NCBI GenBank assembly: GCA_903922605.1
Contig: CAIXUG010000070.1
Coordinates: 22,407 to 86,406, forward strand
Length of the DNA stretch: 64,000 bases
Direction: 5' to 3'
Origin: an uncultured Verrucomicrobiota bacterium
GTDB taxonomy: Bacteria > Verrucomicrobiota > Verrucomicrobiia > Limisphaerales > UBA9464
Shown here: one piece after another, positions 19,478 through 28,677 of the stretch
Numbering within the stretch: position 1 is the stretch's first letter
Layout of the letters: each line of letters starts with the position of its first letter
Program-made: the position numbers and the translations under genes
Notes under the pieces: model-generated
What the model saw: only the letters and a program-made list of their open reading frames with translations
Databases searched by the model: none
What the model was told of the DNA's origin: nothing

Positions 19478-19595
19478 GCGGCAACGGGTAACCTGCATTT
19501 CGCCCCAAAAAATTCCGGTTCGCCCCGAAATGGCGGCGATCCGCCCCATTCCAAGGCTCAAGAGGAAAGGGCGGCCCCATATATGGCGTCACCCC

Positions 19596-20765
19596 ATGAC
19601 TCATATGAGACCCACCTCGCGTGGCATTGCAGGCCTGTCCGGCGGCCTGCTCGTTGCCCTTACCCTGGCCGGCACCCAAACCAACGCCCTCGCCCAGGGC
19701 TGTGTCGCCGTGCGCGGCAGCAGCGCCTGCATGCTGCATCCCAGCAGCGGCACCAATCCGGATGACGCCAACCTGACCAGCGGTGACTGGATCGCCAGCG
19801 TTTCCGACCGCTACCTGCACTCCACCCGGCATTTCGTCGGCGACGAGGAGCAGAAGCAGCGGCAGACCGCGGCCAACCAGGTGATCAACCACTCGGACTT
19901 CCTCGACTTCGGGCTCCAGTATGCCTTCAGCCCGCGTTACAGCCTGGCGTTCACGCTGCCGACGGTCTTTTCCTCCCGCTCGCAAAAGGCGCCCGCCGGC
20001 TATCCCACCTACCGCTACGAGACCCATGCGTCGGGCATCGGCGATATGCGCCTCACTGCGTACGCCTGGCTGTGGGATCCCGCCAAGATGCCGAAAGGCA
20101 ACATCCAGCTCGGCCTCGGCCTTAAGGCTCCCACCGGCGATGACAACGTGCAGGACGCATTCCCCGTCGCGGGTGGCGGTGCCATCGTCAAGTCGGTGGA
20201 CCAGTCCATCCAGCCCGGTGATGGCGGCTGGGGTGTCGCCGTCGAATTGAACGCCTACCGCGAAATCCTGCCCCGCACCGACATCTTCCTGCAGGCCTCG
20301 TACCTGTTCAACCCGCAGGACCAGAACAATTCGCTCACGTGGCGTGATAACTCTTCAGCAGTGCCCGGCGCGGTCACGGTGGCCCCCACCTCGGCCTCCT
20401 ACTACGAGCATTACATGTCCATCCCAGACCAGTACTTCGCCCGCGGCGGCATGGATTATGTGCTGATCCCCAAGTGGGGCTTGTCGGTGAGCCTGGCGGG
20501 GCGCCTCGAAGGTGTTCCCGTAAATGACGTGTTCGGCGGCAGCGACGGGTTCCGTCGCCCGGGCTTCGCGGTGAGCATTGATCCCGGCATCCAGGTGCTG
20601 AAGGGCCGCTATGCCTTCAACCTCAACGTTCCCTTCGCGCTGTATCGCAACCGCGAACGCAGCGTGGCCGACCAGATCGCCTCCGCCGTGAGCGGCAAAG
20701 ATGTGCATGGCGACGCGGCCTTCGCCGATTACGTGGTCACTGCCAGCTTCTCCGTCCGTTTCTAG
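19596..20765 (+). CDS. outer-membrane beta-barrel protein (putative transporter/porin)
   Basis: From ATG 19596: MTHMRPTSRGIAGLSGGLLVALTLAGTQTNALAQG signal peptide. Alternating beta-strand pattern. C-terminal ..VVTASFSVRF with terminal Phe, typical of BAM substrates. Confidence 0.75.
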   Translation: MTHMRPTSRGIAGLSGGLLVALTLAGTQTNALAQGCVAVRGSSACMLHPSSGTNPDDANLTSGDWIASVSDRYLHSTRHFVGDEEQKQRQTAANQVINHSDFLDFGLQYAFSPRYSLAFTLPTVFSSRSQKAPAGYPTYRYETHASGIGDMRLTAYAWLWDPAKMPKGNIQLGLGLKAPTGDDNVQDAFPVAGGGAIVKSVDQSIQPGDGGWGVAVELNAYREILPRTDIFLQASYLFNPQDQNNSLTWRDNSSAVPGAVTVAPTSASYYEHYMSIPDQYFARGGMDYVLIPKWGLSVSLAGRLEGVPVNDVFGGSDGFRRPGFAVSIDPGIQVLKGRYAFNLNVPFALYRNRERSVADQIASAVSGKDVHGDAAFADYVVTASFSVRF

Positions 20766-20793
20766 CCGCAGTTCCTCACCGTGTGTATTGACG

Positions 20794-20830
20794 CCCTCCG
20801 CTGGGCAACCAGCGGAGGGTTTTCTTTTCT
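20794..20830 (+). terminator. intrinsic terminator after the OMP gene (could also serve the convergent gene)
   Basis: CCCTCCGCTGG-gcaa-CCAGCGGAGGG followed by TTTTCTTTTCT. Confidence 0.8.
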
Positions 20831-20836
20831 CTGGGG

Positions 20837-21673
20837 TCAGGGCCGAGGGCGACCCAGGTAGAACTGCGCCGCCGTTTCCCCAAACAGTCCCCTCTGGGAC
20901 TCCATTGGCAGCCGCGCCACAAATTCCCGCAAGAGGCTGAAGGTCTGCTCGTAGCTCCCCGCCAGCAGGCACACGGGCCAGTCGGAGCCGAACATCAGGC
21001 GCTGCACGCCAAACGCCTCAAAGATCACGTCCAGAAACGGCCGGAAGTCGTCCGGCTTCCAGGCCCGATGATCCGCCTCGGTGACCATGCCGGACACCTT
21101 GCAGAGCACGTTGGGCAATTGGGCCAGTTCCTGAATCTGTTCCCGCCACGGTGACAGCGTGCCGGCCTTGATGAAGGGCTTGGCAATGTGGTCCAGCACG
21201 AAGGCCTGTTCGGGAAATTGCCGGACCAGCTCGATGGCGGCGGGCAACTGCTTGGGGAAGACCAGCAGGTCGTACGTCAGGCCGAACTGGCGCAGCCGGC
21301 CGATGCCCCGCACAAATTCCGGGCGGAGCAGGAAACGGTCATCCGGCTCGTCCTGCACCACATGGCGCACGCCCACAAACCGGGGCTTCCGGCTTAGTTC
21401 GGCCAGTTGCTCCTCGACCCGCTCATCTTGCAAATCCACCCAGCCAACCACCCCTTTGATGCGTGGATTGGCCTCCGCCAGCGCCAGCAGCCAGCGCGAT
21501 TCCGCGAGCGACTGACGCGCCTGCACCGCGATGGAGCCGTCGAAATTGAGGTCGGCCTGCAGCCTGGCCAGATCGCTTGGCAGCCAATCGCGTTGCAGGG
21601 CCGAACCTTCCGAAATCCACGGATATTCCACCGGGGAGTAGCTCCAGAAATGCTGGTGGGAATCGAGGCGCAT
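20837..21673 (-). CDS. amidohydrolase-2 family protein (fuconolactonase-like)
   Basis: MRLDSHQHFW.. N-terminal HxH metal motif and ..LMFGSDWPV C-terminal Asp motif of the amidohydrolase_2 family. Confidence 0.85.
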   Translation of the reverse strand: MRLDSHQHFWSYSPVEYPWISEGSALQRDWLPSDLARLQADLNFDGSIAVQARQSLAESRWLLALAEANPRIKGVVGWVDLQDERVEEQLAELSRKPRFVGVRHVVQDEPDDRFLLRPEFVRGIGRLRQFGLTYDLLVFPKQLPAAIELVRQFPEQAFVLDHIAKPFIKAGTLSPWREQIQELAQLPNVLCKVSGMVTEADHRAWKPDDFRPFLDVIFEAFGVQRLMFGSDWPVCLLAGSYEQTFSLLREFVARLPMESQRGLFGETAAQFYLGRPRP

Positions 21674-21683
21674 ACGGATCGGG

Positions 21684-21715
21684 GAATTTACGATCTATGA
21701 TTTACGATTTACGAG
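21684..21715. repeat. 7-nt-period tandem repeat (CGATTTA family x4-5)
   Basis: GAATTTA CGATCTA TGATTTA CGATTTA CGAG. Same unit as 8201-8235. Confidence 0.75.
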
Positions 21716-21743
21716 ATGGCAATGTGGGCGACCCGGTCCTGCT

Positions 21744-21799
21744 TTGAACGTTGAACGTTGAACGTTGAACGTTCGACGTTGGACGTTCAACGTTTGAAG
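21744..21799. repeat. 7-nt-period tandem repeat hairpin (TTGAACG x4 then TTCGACG TTGGACG TTCAACG TTTGAAG)
   Basis: Eight consecutive heptamers. The left (TTGAACG) and right (TTCAACG) halves are near reverse complements, so the array can fold back on itself. Confidence 0.85.
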
Positions 21800-21808
21800 A
21801 ACAGCGGC

Positions 21809-22600
21809 TCAAGGACGCCGCGTGCCGGACCTCTGCTTTAGCCAGTCCCAATCGGTCGTTGGATCAGCGGCAAAGATGCCGCCGGCCCCGCCGCGAACGT
21901 TTGGCCGGATGGTGCCGTTGGTGCCGCCCACCCGCCAGGTGTGCGACTCCATGTGGCCATCCAGAAAGGCCAGGCTGGCCGCGCCGCCGTGCCACGAGGC
22001 AGGCAGGTTCCCCCACTTCGGTGCAGCGTCGAGCCGGTTCATGAAGAAGCCGTCGTTGATGGTGTCGGGATGCTCGTCGAGGAAGCTGAAGGTGCCGGCG
22101 GGATCGCCCGCATCGCTTTCCTTGAAGCACTGCGCGTAGGCCGGATTGAACTTGTTGGTCAGTTCGCCAGGATCGCCCACCAACGAGTTCAGCGAAAAGC
22201 TGCGGATGCGCAGGCCATTGTCCGAACGCGCCGTGTCCGCCGGACAGCGGAACACCGCCGCCGACTTGCCCACATAGGTGCCGAGCAGCGCCTCCGTGAG
22301 CAGCAGGGTGTTCGTGTTTCCTTCGCCGCTCTGCCAGTCGATGATGTTGTTGGCCCACGTCTGCTTGCGCGCCCGCGTCTCGCCGACGCCGTGGTTGTTC
22401 ACCAGCCGGTCCGTGGAATCATCCGCATACTGTTTGAGCGCCAGCTGAAGCTGCCGCGCATTGGCCGAACACGCGAGCGCCTGGGCTTTGGCCTTCGACC
22501 GGGGCAGCACGGGCAGGAGCAGTCCGGCCAGCACTGCGATGATCGCAATGACGACCAGCAGCTCAATCAGGGTGAAGGCCCGCGCCAAGGGAGTGTTCAT
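21809..22600 (-). CDS. prepilin-type N-terminal cleavage/methylation domain protein (DUF1559-like)
   Basis: N-terminus MNTPLARAFTLIELLVVIAIIAVLAGLLLP is the type IV pilin-like leader. C-terminal FLDGHMESH is typical of PVC DUF1559 proteins. Confidence 0.88.
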   Translation of the reverse strand: MNTPLARAFTLIELLVVIAIIAVLAGLLLPVLPRSKAKAQALACSANARQLQLALKQYADDSTDRLVNNHGVGETRARKQTWANNIIDWQSGEGNTNTLLLTEALLGTYVGKSAAVFRCPADTARSDNGLRIRSFSLNSLVGDPGELTNKFNPAYAQCFKESDAGDPAGTFSFLDEHPDTINDGFFMNRLDAAPKWGNLPASWHGGAASLAFLDGHMESHTWRVGGTNGTIRPNVRGGAGGIFAADPTTDWDWLKQRSGTRRP

Positions 22601-22606
22601 TTCATT

Positions 22607-23896
22607 TCATTGACGGACTTGGCCATTACCGAAGCCCAGCCATTTGTAGCTGCACAGCTCTTCCAGGCCCATCGGGCCGCGAGCATGCAGCTTGTCGGTG
22701 CTGATGCCGATCTCCGCGCCCATGCCGAACTCGTTGCCGTCGGTAAAGCGCGTGGAGGCGTTCCAATAGACCGCCGCCGAATCCACCTCGGCCAAAAAGC
22801 GCCGTGCCGTTGCCTCATTGGCGGTGACGATGGCATCGCTGTGCGCCGAGCCGTAATGCGTGATGTGGGCAATCGCGGATTCCACCCCGTCCACGATGCG
22901 GACGTTGAGGACGTAATCGTTGTACTCGTTGAAAAAGTCGGCGTCAGCCACCGGGACCAGTTTCATCCCGGCACTGACGGAGTCGGCCCGTAACAAAGTC
23001 AGCGATTCCGCATCGCACCGCAGCTCCACCTGCTTCTCCCGCAGATGGGCCGCCGCGCGCGGAAGGAACTTCGCCGCCACGCTCCGGTCCACCAGCAGGG
23101 TCTCGGCGGCATTGCAGGTCGAGGGGCGCTGCGCCTTCGCGTTGAAGACGATCTCATCGGCCATCGCCAGGTCCGCGTCGCGATCCACGAAGACATGGCA
23201 GACTCCTTTGTAATGTTTGATCACCGGCACTTTGGAACATTCGGCCACGGCCCGGATCAGCCCTTCACCTCCACGCGGCATGCACAGATCGACATATTGG
23301 GTGAGCGCGAGGAGCGCAGGAATCGCCTCGCGATCCGCGACGGGCACCACGCTGATGGCGTGAGCGGGAAATCGGTCTCCCAAAACCCGGCGGCCGGCCT
23401 CGATCATGGTCCGGGCGATCAGCTGATTGGAATGCAGCGCCTCCTTGCCCCCGCGCAGGATCGTGGCGTTGCCCGTCTTGAAACAGAGGCTCGCGGCATC
23501 GGCGGTCACATTGGGGCGCGACTCGTAGATGATGACCACGACCCCAATCGGCGAGCTGATTTTTTGCAGCTTCAACCCATTCGGGCGGACGCGTTCATCC
23601 AGAATGCGCCCGACCGGATCGGGCAGATCCGCAACCTCCCTCAGTCCTTTCGCCATCGAGGCGATGCGGGCCGGGTTCAAGGTCAGGCGGTCCATCATCG
23701 CGCCGGAAAGCTTGAGCGAGCGCCCCACATCCAGATCCAAAGCGTTGACCAGCTCCAAAGCCGGGCCGGCCAATTCGAGCGCGTCGGCCATTGCTCGCAA
23801 AGCCAGGTTTTTCTCGTCGGTGGTGAGCTTGGCCAGCTCCCGCGACGCCGCCTTGGCTCGCCGGGCCAGTTCGGTCATTTGCTCAATCAAGGTCAC
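22607..23896 (-). CDS. proA: glutamate-5-semialdehyde dehydrogenase (gamma-glutamyl phosphate reductase)
   Basis: 429 aa. ..IYESRPNVT..ILRGGKEA..STCNAAETLLV..HYGSAHSDAIVT..VYWNASTRFTDG are canonical ProA blocks. Confidence 0.95.
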   Translation of the reverse strand: MTLIEQMTELARRAKAASRELAKLTTDEKNLALRAMADALELAGPALELVNALDLDVGRSLKLSGAMMDRLTLNPARIASMAKGLREVADLPDPVGRILDERVRPNGLKLQKISSPIGVVVIIYESRPNVTADAASLCFKTGNATILRGGKEALHSNQLIARTMIEAGRRVLGDRFPAHAISVVPVADREAIPALLALTQYVDLCMPRGGEGLIRAVAECSKVPVIKHYKGVCHVFVDRDADLAMADEIVFNAKAQRPSTCNAAETLLVDRSVAAKFLPRAAAHLREKQVELRCDAESLTLLRADSVSAGMKLVPVADADFFNEYNDYVLNVRIVDGVESAIAHITHYGSAHSDAIVTANEATARRFLAEVDSAAVYWNASTRFTDGNEFGMGAEIGISTDKLHARGPMGLEELCSYKWLGFGNGQVRQ

Positions 23897-24219
23897 GCTC
23901 GTAAGCCTAGATTACGGATTGTCCGGAAGAAGCGGAAAAATGTACGGCGACATTCCCGCTGCTTTGGGATCAGCCAAATCGGGCACTCTTCTTCTCATTT
24001 CTGCGATTTTAGCGGTTGGCACCCCAGTCGCTTGAACCAGATCAGGCGGCTGCCGGGAGTCTGGCTGGTGCTTACGGAGAGAATAGAACTGCGCTACTCA
24101 ACCAACCTCCGTAAGTGCGGGATGACTGGCAGCCGCCGGCACTTTCCAGATGACTCCGAGACCCAGTCTCGGAGATCACGGGTGCCCGATCCATTACGTT
24201 TCGACGCTCCTCCGCGTGC

Positions 24220-25344
24220 TCAGAGCGCGACGGCGGCTTTCGTGCGGTGGGATTCCAGGGCGGCGGCAAACACCTCGTGACTGAGCACCGCCTCATCCGG
24301 CGTGACGCAGCTGAACCGCTCGCCCAAGGCACCGGCGCGCTCGGCGGCATAGGCCGCCCACATCTGCAAAAAGCAGTCGGGAAAACCCGGCTCGAAAATG
24401 CCGCCGGTGATGGTGGTGAACGGGGTCTGGAAGCCCAGGTCAATGCGCGTCCACATCTGTTCCTTTTGACGCTCGAAGACCCACAGCGACTTGGGCTCGG
24501 CGGTCGAATAACGGACGCCGCCGTCGGTGCCGAGCACCTCCACCCACCAGGTATTGGTCGCACCCGGGGCGAGCCGTTTGGTCTCGAGGCGCATCGGCAC
24601 GTCGCGTCCTTCCACCTCCACGTCACAATGCAACATCGCGTTGTCCCAGGTGTCGCATTCGGCCATGCCGCCCTTTCCGTCCGGACGCTGCGTGTAGATT
24701 TTCTGCAACTGCGCATAGACGCGCTTCGGACGCCAGCCGAGGCGGAACGGCACGTGCACCACGTGCATGCCGAGGTCGCCCATCACGCCAATTTCGCCGC
24801 AGAACTTCACCTGCCGCTTCCAGTTCACCGGCTTGTTCGGATCCAGATCGCTCGCATGCCAGAAGCACGACCGGATCTCCAGCAGCTTGCCGAGCTTGCC
24901 CGAGCGCACGGCCTGTACGACCCGCTGCGCGCCGGGAAGGAAGGGAAACTCGCTGCTGCAACGCACGAACCGGCCGGACTTCGCGGCCGCCTCCCGGATG
25001 GTCCGGGCCGCCTTGAGATCAATGCCGAACGGCTTTTCCGCCAGCAGGTCCTTGCCCGCCGCCAGCACGTCGAGATAGAGGGATTCGTGCAGGTTGTGCG
25101 GCACCGCGACGTACACCACATCCACGTCGGGTGAGCGGAGCAGCTCGCGGTGGTCCTTGGTCAGCAGTTTGACGGTGGGAACCTGCCGGAACCAGTCGAG
25201 GAGCTTGTCCTGCAGGTCGCAGACCGCGACCAGTTCGGCCTTCACCGGAAAATTCTCCAGCACAAACCACCGGCCAAAGGCGCTGGCGGCTTCACGGCCC
25301 ATCAGGCCGCCACCAATGATACCCACCCGCATCACGTTGCTCAT
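24220..25344 (-). CDS. Gfo/Idh/MocA family oxidoreductase
   Basis: MRVGIIGGGLMGRE Rossmann motif, EKP motif (LLAEKPFG). Start chosen at ATG 25344 (alternatives 25332, 25383). Confidence 0.88.
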   Translation of the reverse strand: MSNVMRVGIIGGGLMGREAASAFGRWFVLENFPVKAELVAVCDLQDKLLDWFRQVPTVKLLTKDHRELLRSPDVDVVYVAVPHNLHESLYLDVLAAGKDLLAEKPFGIDLKAARTIREAAAKSGRFVRCSSEFPFLPGAQRVVQAVRSGKLGKLLEIRSCFWHASDLDPNKPVNWKRQVKFCGEIGVMGDLGMHVVHVPFRLGWRPKRVYAQLQKIYTQRPDGKGGMAECDTWDNAMLHCDVEVEGRDVPMRLETKRLAPGATNTWWVEVLGTDGGVRYSTAEPKSLWVFERQKEQMWTRIDLGFQTPFTTITGGIFEPGFPDCFLQMWAAYAAERAGALGERFSCVTPDEAVLSHEVFAAALESHRTKAAVAL

Positions 25345-25475
25345 CAGGCGGACAGCATGAACTCCGGGGCCGAGCGAGTGCAAGCGGAGCGAGTGGGGCG
25401 GTGAACCAGCAGGTCAGTAGGTCAGTGAGTCAGAAGGCGCAAAAGGTAGGACGGTGCGCAGGGCGTACCTGCGTC

Positions 25476-26180
25476 TCAGCCGCCGGATTTCCGACGCAGT
25501 TCGGCCAGCTCCAGGCTCTGCGAGGCCACCAGCTGGTTTAGCGCGCCCACCTGCCGCTCCGCCTGTTCCAGGCGCTGCTCCTTGTCCAGTTGTTCCCGCA
25601 GCCAAGCAAAAGCGGGGTTTCCCGTGCTGTTCAGCGACAGCTGCTCCAAAAACTGGTCCGTTGTCAGGCCGGCCTCGTCGAGAACCTTGGCGACCGGTTC
25701 GCCCTGGGTAATGGCCTCATGGAGCTGACGCAGCTTGCGCAACGCCACGACACTGGATCCCTTGGGGGAGAGCGCCGAAGAGCCGGCCGAAATCTTCACT
25801 CCAGCCAAAGGATCGACGGTGGTGGGCCGCTGGATGAGGGATGAAAGCTGATCCCAGACTTCCATCGCCCGCGTGCCGGAAAGCCGGATGCGAAGCATCC
25901 CCCGTCGAAAACCACGCTCCACCTGGTTGGCGTTGTAAAATTCCTCCAGCAACGACTGGCACTCCTCCTTGTTGGAGCATTTGCCAACTCCCTGGACGAC
26001 ATCGAGGTCGATGGCGAAGAGCGTGCGGTTGAACCACCAGATTGGCAGGGCCAGCAGGGACCGGAACGGATACAGCGTCTTGAAAAACATCTTCCGCTCA
26101 AACTCGACCGGCGAGCAGCGGTAATGATGGCAAAACGCATCCCGAAAGTTGCTGAACGGTGGTGTGGAGGGAGTTGCCAT
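25476..26180 (-). CDS. uncharacterised protein, paralog 2 of a three-member family (N-terminal conserved domain + HTH-like segment + coiled coil)
   Basis: 234 aa. N-domain FSNFRDAFCHHYRCSPVEF..LPIWWFNRTLFAIDLDVV..MLRIRLSGTRA aligns with 26279..26974 and 50373..50771. C-terminal heptad-rich QRLEQAERQVGALNQLVASQSLELAELRRK. Confidence 0.75.
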   Translation of the reverse strand: MATPSTPPFSNFRDAFCHHYRCSPVEFERKMFFKTLYPFRSLLALPIWWFNRTLFAIDLDVVQGVGKCSNKEECQSLLEEFYNANQVERGFRRGMLRIRLSGTRAMEVWDQLSSLIQRPTTVDPLAGVKISAGSSALSPKGSSVVALRKLRQLHEAITQGEPVAKVLDEAGLTTDQFLEQLSLNSTGNPAFAWLREQLDKEQRLEQAERQVGALNQLVASQSLELAELRRKSGG

Positions 26181-26278
26181 GTGTCTGTCGTGCGCTGCGA
26201 ACCTCCCGTATAAGGCTGGCCGGTTGCAAATCCAACTTTTGTTCGCACCTGCCGCCGCTGAACACCCGGGATGCCCGC

Positions 26279-26974
26279 CTATTTGTTAGCGGTGGGCTGG
26301 ATCAGCTTCCGGGTCAGATCCGCCGTGAGCCGCATGAGGCGTTCATTTTCCTCACGGAGTTCGGTCAGTTTGGAGATCTGGGCGAGGTATTCGCCCAGCC
26401 ACGCCAGTTCCGGCCGTCCCGCCTGGTGGCGCTCAATCAGCGGTCCGATTTCCTCCAGTGCTATCCCGGCCTCCGCCGCCGCCTCGGCCGGTGAGATGCC
26501 CGAGACCACGGCCGTGTGAAAGCGTTTGAGCCGGCGCAGTGCCAGCGTCGCCGAATCGGAAACTTCCCGGTTGGGAGAGCGGGTAACTTTGGCCCCGTTC
26601 TCCGGAACTGCGACCGCTGGTGCCGGCTTCAGCAGGGGCACCAGGTCCATGAACGTTTCCGTCAGGCGGTAATTGGAAAGCCGGATGCGGAAGGTGGCGT
26701 GCAGCAGGTCGCGCTCGACCACGCGACGGTTCTCAAATTCATCGATCAGAACCTGGAGTTCCAGCTGGGTGGTGGCACGCCCAATGGCGGAGATCACCTC
26801 GAAATCCGCCTGGAAAAAGCTCGGGTTCCAAAGCCGCAACGGCCCGGCCACCAACAAGGCATGCCGGTGCAGACAGCGGCGGAAAGAAGACCACCCATAC
26901 TGCTCCGGCTTACAGCGATAGGCCGCACAATAGGCGTCCTGGAACGAGTCGAATTGAGGTTTGGAGTCTGACAT
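26279..26974 (-). CDS. uncharacterised protein, paralog 1 of the same family
   Basis: 231 aa. FDSFQDAYCAAYRCKPEQY..GPLRLWNPSFFQADFEVI..TFRIRLSNYRL. C-terminal GISPAEAAAEAGIALEEIGPLI (HTH-like), then coiled coil ISKLTELREENERLMRLTADLTRKL. Confidence 0.75.
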   Translation of the reverse strand: MSDSKPQFDSFQDAYCAAYRCKPEQYGWSSFRRCLHRHALLVAGPLRLWNPSFFQADFEVISAIGRATTQLELQVLIDEFENRRVVERDLLHATFRIRLSNYRLTETFMDLVPLLKPAPAVAVPENGAKVTRSPNREVSDSATLALRRLKRFHTAVVSGISPAEAAAEAGIALEEIGPLIERHQAGRPELAWLGEYLAQISKLTELREENERLMRLTADLTRKLIQPTANK

Positions 26975-27044
26975 GACTGCGGGCCTGCGATCCGTGTGAA
27001 CCTGATAGCGGGTTCAGCCGGGACATGCTAGCACTTCCATTTCC

Positions 27045-28316
27045 CTACTGTGATTTAGGATCACGCAGTTTGTAGAGCTGCTCCCCTGCCTTGCGTACCA
27101 GCAGCACGCCCTCCTCCTCACGGTCGGCGTAGTCCTCCACCCGGATGCTCTGCCAGTCGCGGTAGCCCAGGTTGATTTCGCGGCAGACCGCCTCGGGGAT
27201 TCCCGTCGCCAGGGTCACTCGCACACGGGGCTTCTCCACGCCATTTTCAAAAGTGCCGCCGCCGAAGACATGCGTGCAGTGCGCCAGCGAGCCCCAGGGC
27301 ATGTCCTTGAAACGGTCCCACTGCTTCAGGAAGTAGTCGCGGCAGTGGTAGCCCACCTGCCGGATGAACTTGCCATGCACCACGCTGACCTCGTGCAGGT
27401 GCGGTGCGTAGATGATCAGCTCCCCGCCATCGGCCAGCACGGGCTCCAGTTTGTACATGCACTTCGCGCCGACCCACAGCTCATCGTACATCTTGGGTGC
27501 GCAGGACAGGATCGTGTGGAACGGACGGTCCTTCCAGATGATGTGATGCTGCGCCGAGAGATCGGCCGCCTTGTCCCAGGCCGCCTCCGGCGTGCCGGCA
27601 AACACGCCGACCGCGCCGCTGCCCTTCACCACGAGGGCGAAGCATTTCTTTGGCAGCTTCACCATCGCCCCTGCCCGGTCCACCACCGCACGCACCGGCG
27701 TGTGCTTGTTGCCGATGATGCCCAGGTTGCTGACCACCGCCCCGAGCCAGTGGAAGAAATTCAGGATTTCCGCGCCGCTGACGCCGGGAAACAGGTACTT
27801 GTTGCCGCCGCTCATGCCGACGACCTCGTGCGGAAACACCGGCCCGACGATGATCACCTCGTCGTAGTCAAACACGCGCCGGCTGATCGTCACCGGCACA
27901 TCCATCGCGAACAGGCCGCCCGAAAGCGCCCGGATTTCGTCCGCCGGGATGGTGCCGAGCGATTGGAGCGCGGCGGGGTTGTCCCACTCATGATTGAAGA
28001 AGCGCACCTTGGCGTACTGGCCGCGCCACTCCTCCATCGTGATCTCCAAGCGCTCGCAGATCGCCTCGTCGGGCATCGGCGGATGTGTGCCCAAGGCGAC
28101 GAGAATGTCGAACGCCGCCGCCGCCCCGCCCAACTGCGCGAAGAGTAGCTTGAACATCATGCCGATCGGGGCCGTGCGCGTTCCGTCCGGGATGATGAAG
28201 AGCAGCTTCTTCCCGCGATAATCCGCCGCCGGGCAGGCGGTGGCGATCAGTTCGGCCACCTGCGCCTCGGTCACGAGGCCGTCCGTGGCGGTCACGCCGC
28301 CGATGTATCCGTTCAT
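27045..28316 (-). CDS. LarA-like (lactate racemase N-terminal domain, DUF2088) protein
   Basis: ..KKLLFIIPDGTRTAP..ILVALGTHPPM..GPVFPHEVVGMSGGNKYLFPG resemble LarA nickel-pincer racemase family blocks. ATG 28316 is preferred because the longer ORF start (28424) would overlap the toxin gene by 74 nt. Confidence 0.75.
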   Translation of the reverse strand: MNGYIGGVTATDGLVTEAQVAELIATACPAADYRGKKLLFIIPDGTRTAPIGMMFKLLFAQLGGAAAAFDILVALGTHPPMPDEAICERLEITMEEWRGQYAKVRFFNHEWDNPAALQSLGTIPADEIRALSGGLFAMDVPVTISRRVFDYDEVIIVGPVFPHEVVGMSGGNKYLFPGVSGAEILNFFHWLGAVVSNLGIIGNKHTPVRAVVDRAGAMVKLPKKCFALVVKGSGAVGVFAGTPEAAWDKAADLSAQHHIIWKDRPFHTILSCAPKMYDELWVGAKCMYKLEPVLADGGELIIYAPHLHEVSVVHGKFIRQVGYHCRDYFLKQWDRFKDMPWGSLAHCTHVFGGGTFENGVEKPRVRVTLATGIPEAVCREINLGYRDWQSIRVEDYADREEEGVLLVRKAGEQLYKLRDPKSQ

Positions 28317-28350
28317 AATCTGTTGGTCTGTAACTGTCGGTCCGTCCTCA

Positions 28351-28677
28351 CTATTCGACCCATCCGTGTGCTGCGATGATCCGCCGGACAATTTCTCGGC
28401 GGCGGATTTGGCTAACTGTTCCACGTCTCTGCTTCAACGCTGACTTGGCCACAGTGTAAAGCAGGTCACATTTGCATAGGGTCGCCCAATCAAGACCGTC
28501 TTCTCGGTTCAGCACCACTTCGTGACCTTCCGGCGGACGGCCAGCCTGTTTGCTGGAACACATCACGACATCGACCTCAGCCTTGTTTTTCACCCGCAAC
28601 GGGTGCGAGACGATAACCGCCGGATGCGGGTCCGGCCAGCCGGCCGGCTGGTAACTGAAAATGTCCCACTGGTTCAT
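28351..28677 (-). CDS. type II toxin, PemK/MazF-like fold
   Basis: 108 aa. WDIFSYQP..HPAVIVSHPLRV..VDVVMCSS..LDWATLCKCDLLYTVAKSAL..GTVS follows the MazF/PemK pattern (G/W-D-I..RPaVVvS..vvP-T/S..s.v.cdqi.tv). 4-nt overlap with the upstream small gene. Confidence 0.7.
   Translation of the reverse strand: MNQWDIFSYQPAGWPDPHPAVIVSHPLRVKNKAEVDVVMCSSKQAGRPPEGHEVVLNREDGLDWATLCKCDLLYTVAKSALKQRRGTVSQIRRREIVRRIIAAHGWVE

Noticed and set aside
21684-21799. Possible CRISPR array or iterons (also considered for the other tandem arrays)
   Set aside because: The repeat unit is only 7 nt with no unique spacers between units, and no cas genes are in the window. These are simple tandem or hairpin repeats.
24020-24110. 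tRNA-like or tmRNA-like sequence (GGTTCAAGCG, GGAGGTTGGTTGAGTAGCGCAG)
   Set aside because: I could not build a cloverleaf with acceptor and T arms. There is no GTTCGAATC-type T-loop with a matching acceptor stem and no CCA context.
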